From Girardia tigrina (Eukaryota): a DNA stretch of 64,000 bases. The stretch covers positions 94,178 to 158,177 of the forward strand of contig MQRK01228891.1 in assembly GCA_001938485.1 (NCBI GenBank), in the 5' to 3' direction. The first letter of the stretch is position 1, and every line of letters begins with the position of its first letter. The translations under genes were made by a program, and so were the position numbers. Under the pieces are notes generated by a model that did no database searches, had not been told where the DNA came from, and saw nothing but the letters and a program-made list of their open reading frames with translations. Below are positions 62,716 to 64,000 of this stretch, one piece after another.

Positions 62716-64000
62716 CAAAGCCGATAGTGGAGATCACCAGTCGAAATTACTGGAAGTAATTTTGAATAGAATCCTGAAAAAGGACTCCGTCAAAACTCCG
62801 AAAACATTCGAAGAAGGGGACGATGCTGCCCAATTTTTGAAATGCATGGATGCATTTATGCGGTAACTTGAAATATCGGACGAAACACAAACTTACTTCT
62901 TCATGGAATACTTGGAGGAAGATGTTCAATGTTTTCTGAAGCTGCAGTGGGGTTACACCCAAAACCAAAAGAGTTTCGAATGGCTCAAGGAAACTTTTTT
63001 GAAGTTGTTCGGACGAAAGAAGTTAGATATTTCATCGTGGATGAAACTATTCGGCATCCGACAGAAGGATAGCCAGTCAACCAAGGACTTTATGAAAGAA
63101 GTAAGAATTCGTTGTTTTAAAGAATTACCGGAGTTGACCTCTGAAGAAAGAGAGCCAAAAACTCTCCAAGTTTTTATATATGGTTTTATGAATGACAGAA
63201 CTCAAAAAGCACTAAAAGTGTTGCAGCCTAAAACTTTGGATGAAGCATTCGAGATGATAAAAAAAGAATGTGTAACTCAAGAGATGTCGGCAATAGTAAA
63301 TGTGCTGACCGAGAATGATGAAATTCGAATGCTCAGGGATGAAGTTTCCGAACTGAACAAACGTATTACCTCATTGCAGGAAACGGTAAAAATGCTGCAG
63401 CAAGAAAGACAATCGAGTCAATGGAAAGGNNNNNNNNNNNNNNNNNNNNNNNNNNNNNNNNNNNNNNNNNNNNNNNNNNNNGGGAGCAGCAGTCACATTT
63501 TGAGAGACTGTAAAAAGTCTCGATTCTGCAAAAAATGCAACAAAAAGGGGCATATAGATAAGTTTTGTCTAAACGGAAAACGTAAATCAGTCCATGTGGT
63601 CTAGTCTGCCAGTATATCCAGTAATGAAAGTGAAACAGACACGGGAACAGGTATGGAAGAACCGAGCATTTGTCATATTTCAAATGCAAAGAAGTCGTAT
63701 GCCAGAGCGGTGAAAGAAACAGTTCCGAAACAAAAGGAACAGAATAATCTTCGAGTAAAGAAGAGCAGTTATAAAGTAAAAGATCAGAACAAACCAATGT
63801 GTTACGGTCGGATCAATGGGAACAGTAAAAAGATCTTATTAGACACCGGAGCCGAAGTGAATGCTATCAGTTGCAAGATTCAGATAAAACATTGAAAACC
63901 AGACGTTCATCCAGAAAAATCAAGTGTGCAGATGGATTTACAGTGCCTGTACGAGCGGAAATATCCCTGATAGATGAATTGGGTGCTAAAGGGAAAAGTT
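62706..64000 (+). mobile_element. Ty3/Gypsy gag-protease pseudogene (runs off the window)
   Basis: ORFs 62675, 62903 and 63653 share one frame separated by stops; zinc knuckles (HILRDC, CKKCNKKGHIDKFC); protease LLDTGAEVNAI. Confidence 0.9.

Noticed and set aside
1-64000. CRISPR array, tRNA genes or a prokaryotic operon-type system
   Set aside because: No regularly spaced repeat-spacer array or tRNA cloverleaf seen; the window is intron-containing eukaryotic DNA.

Overview
Very AT-rich eukaryotic genomic DNA with several N gaps. The base composition, 49-52 nt mini-introns and transposon mix suggest a flatworm/planarian-type genome, but that is inference only. The host gene is a Cut/CUX homeobox gene on the + strand. 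Eight phase-consistent exons (19550..58611, 3789 nt, 1262 aa plus stop) encode a coiled-coil, three CUT repeats and a His50 homeodomain; the first exon may be missing. Introns and flanks are full of transposons: one apparently intact Tigger/pogo element, three mariner relics, Tc1-like, hAT, MULE, Chapaev-type and Maverick fragments, two LINEs, two Ty3/Gypsy relics and many Penelope-like (GIY-YIG) relics. Two structures do not appear in the ORF track. (1) A dispersed family of minimal type-I hammerhead-ribozyme motifs (CTGANGA-T-stem II-GAAA-palindrome-NTH) tied to the Penelope relics, including a near-perfect 96-bp-arm palindrome carrying two divergent ribozymes at 60748..60957. (2) A family of about 430-790 bp solo-LTR-like insertions with TG...TA termini and 5-bp target-site duplications. 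There is also an orphan ~80-nt 18S rRNA fragment. I found no evidence for a wholly new multi-gene system; the ribozyme and repeat findings are the most promising leads.
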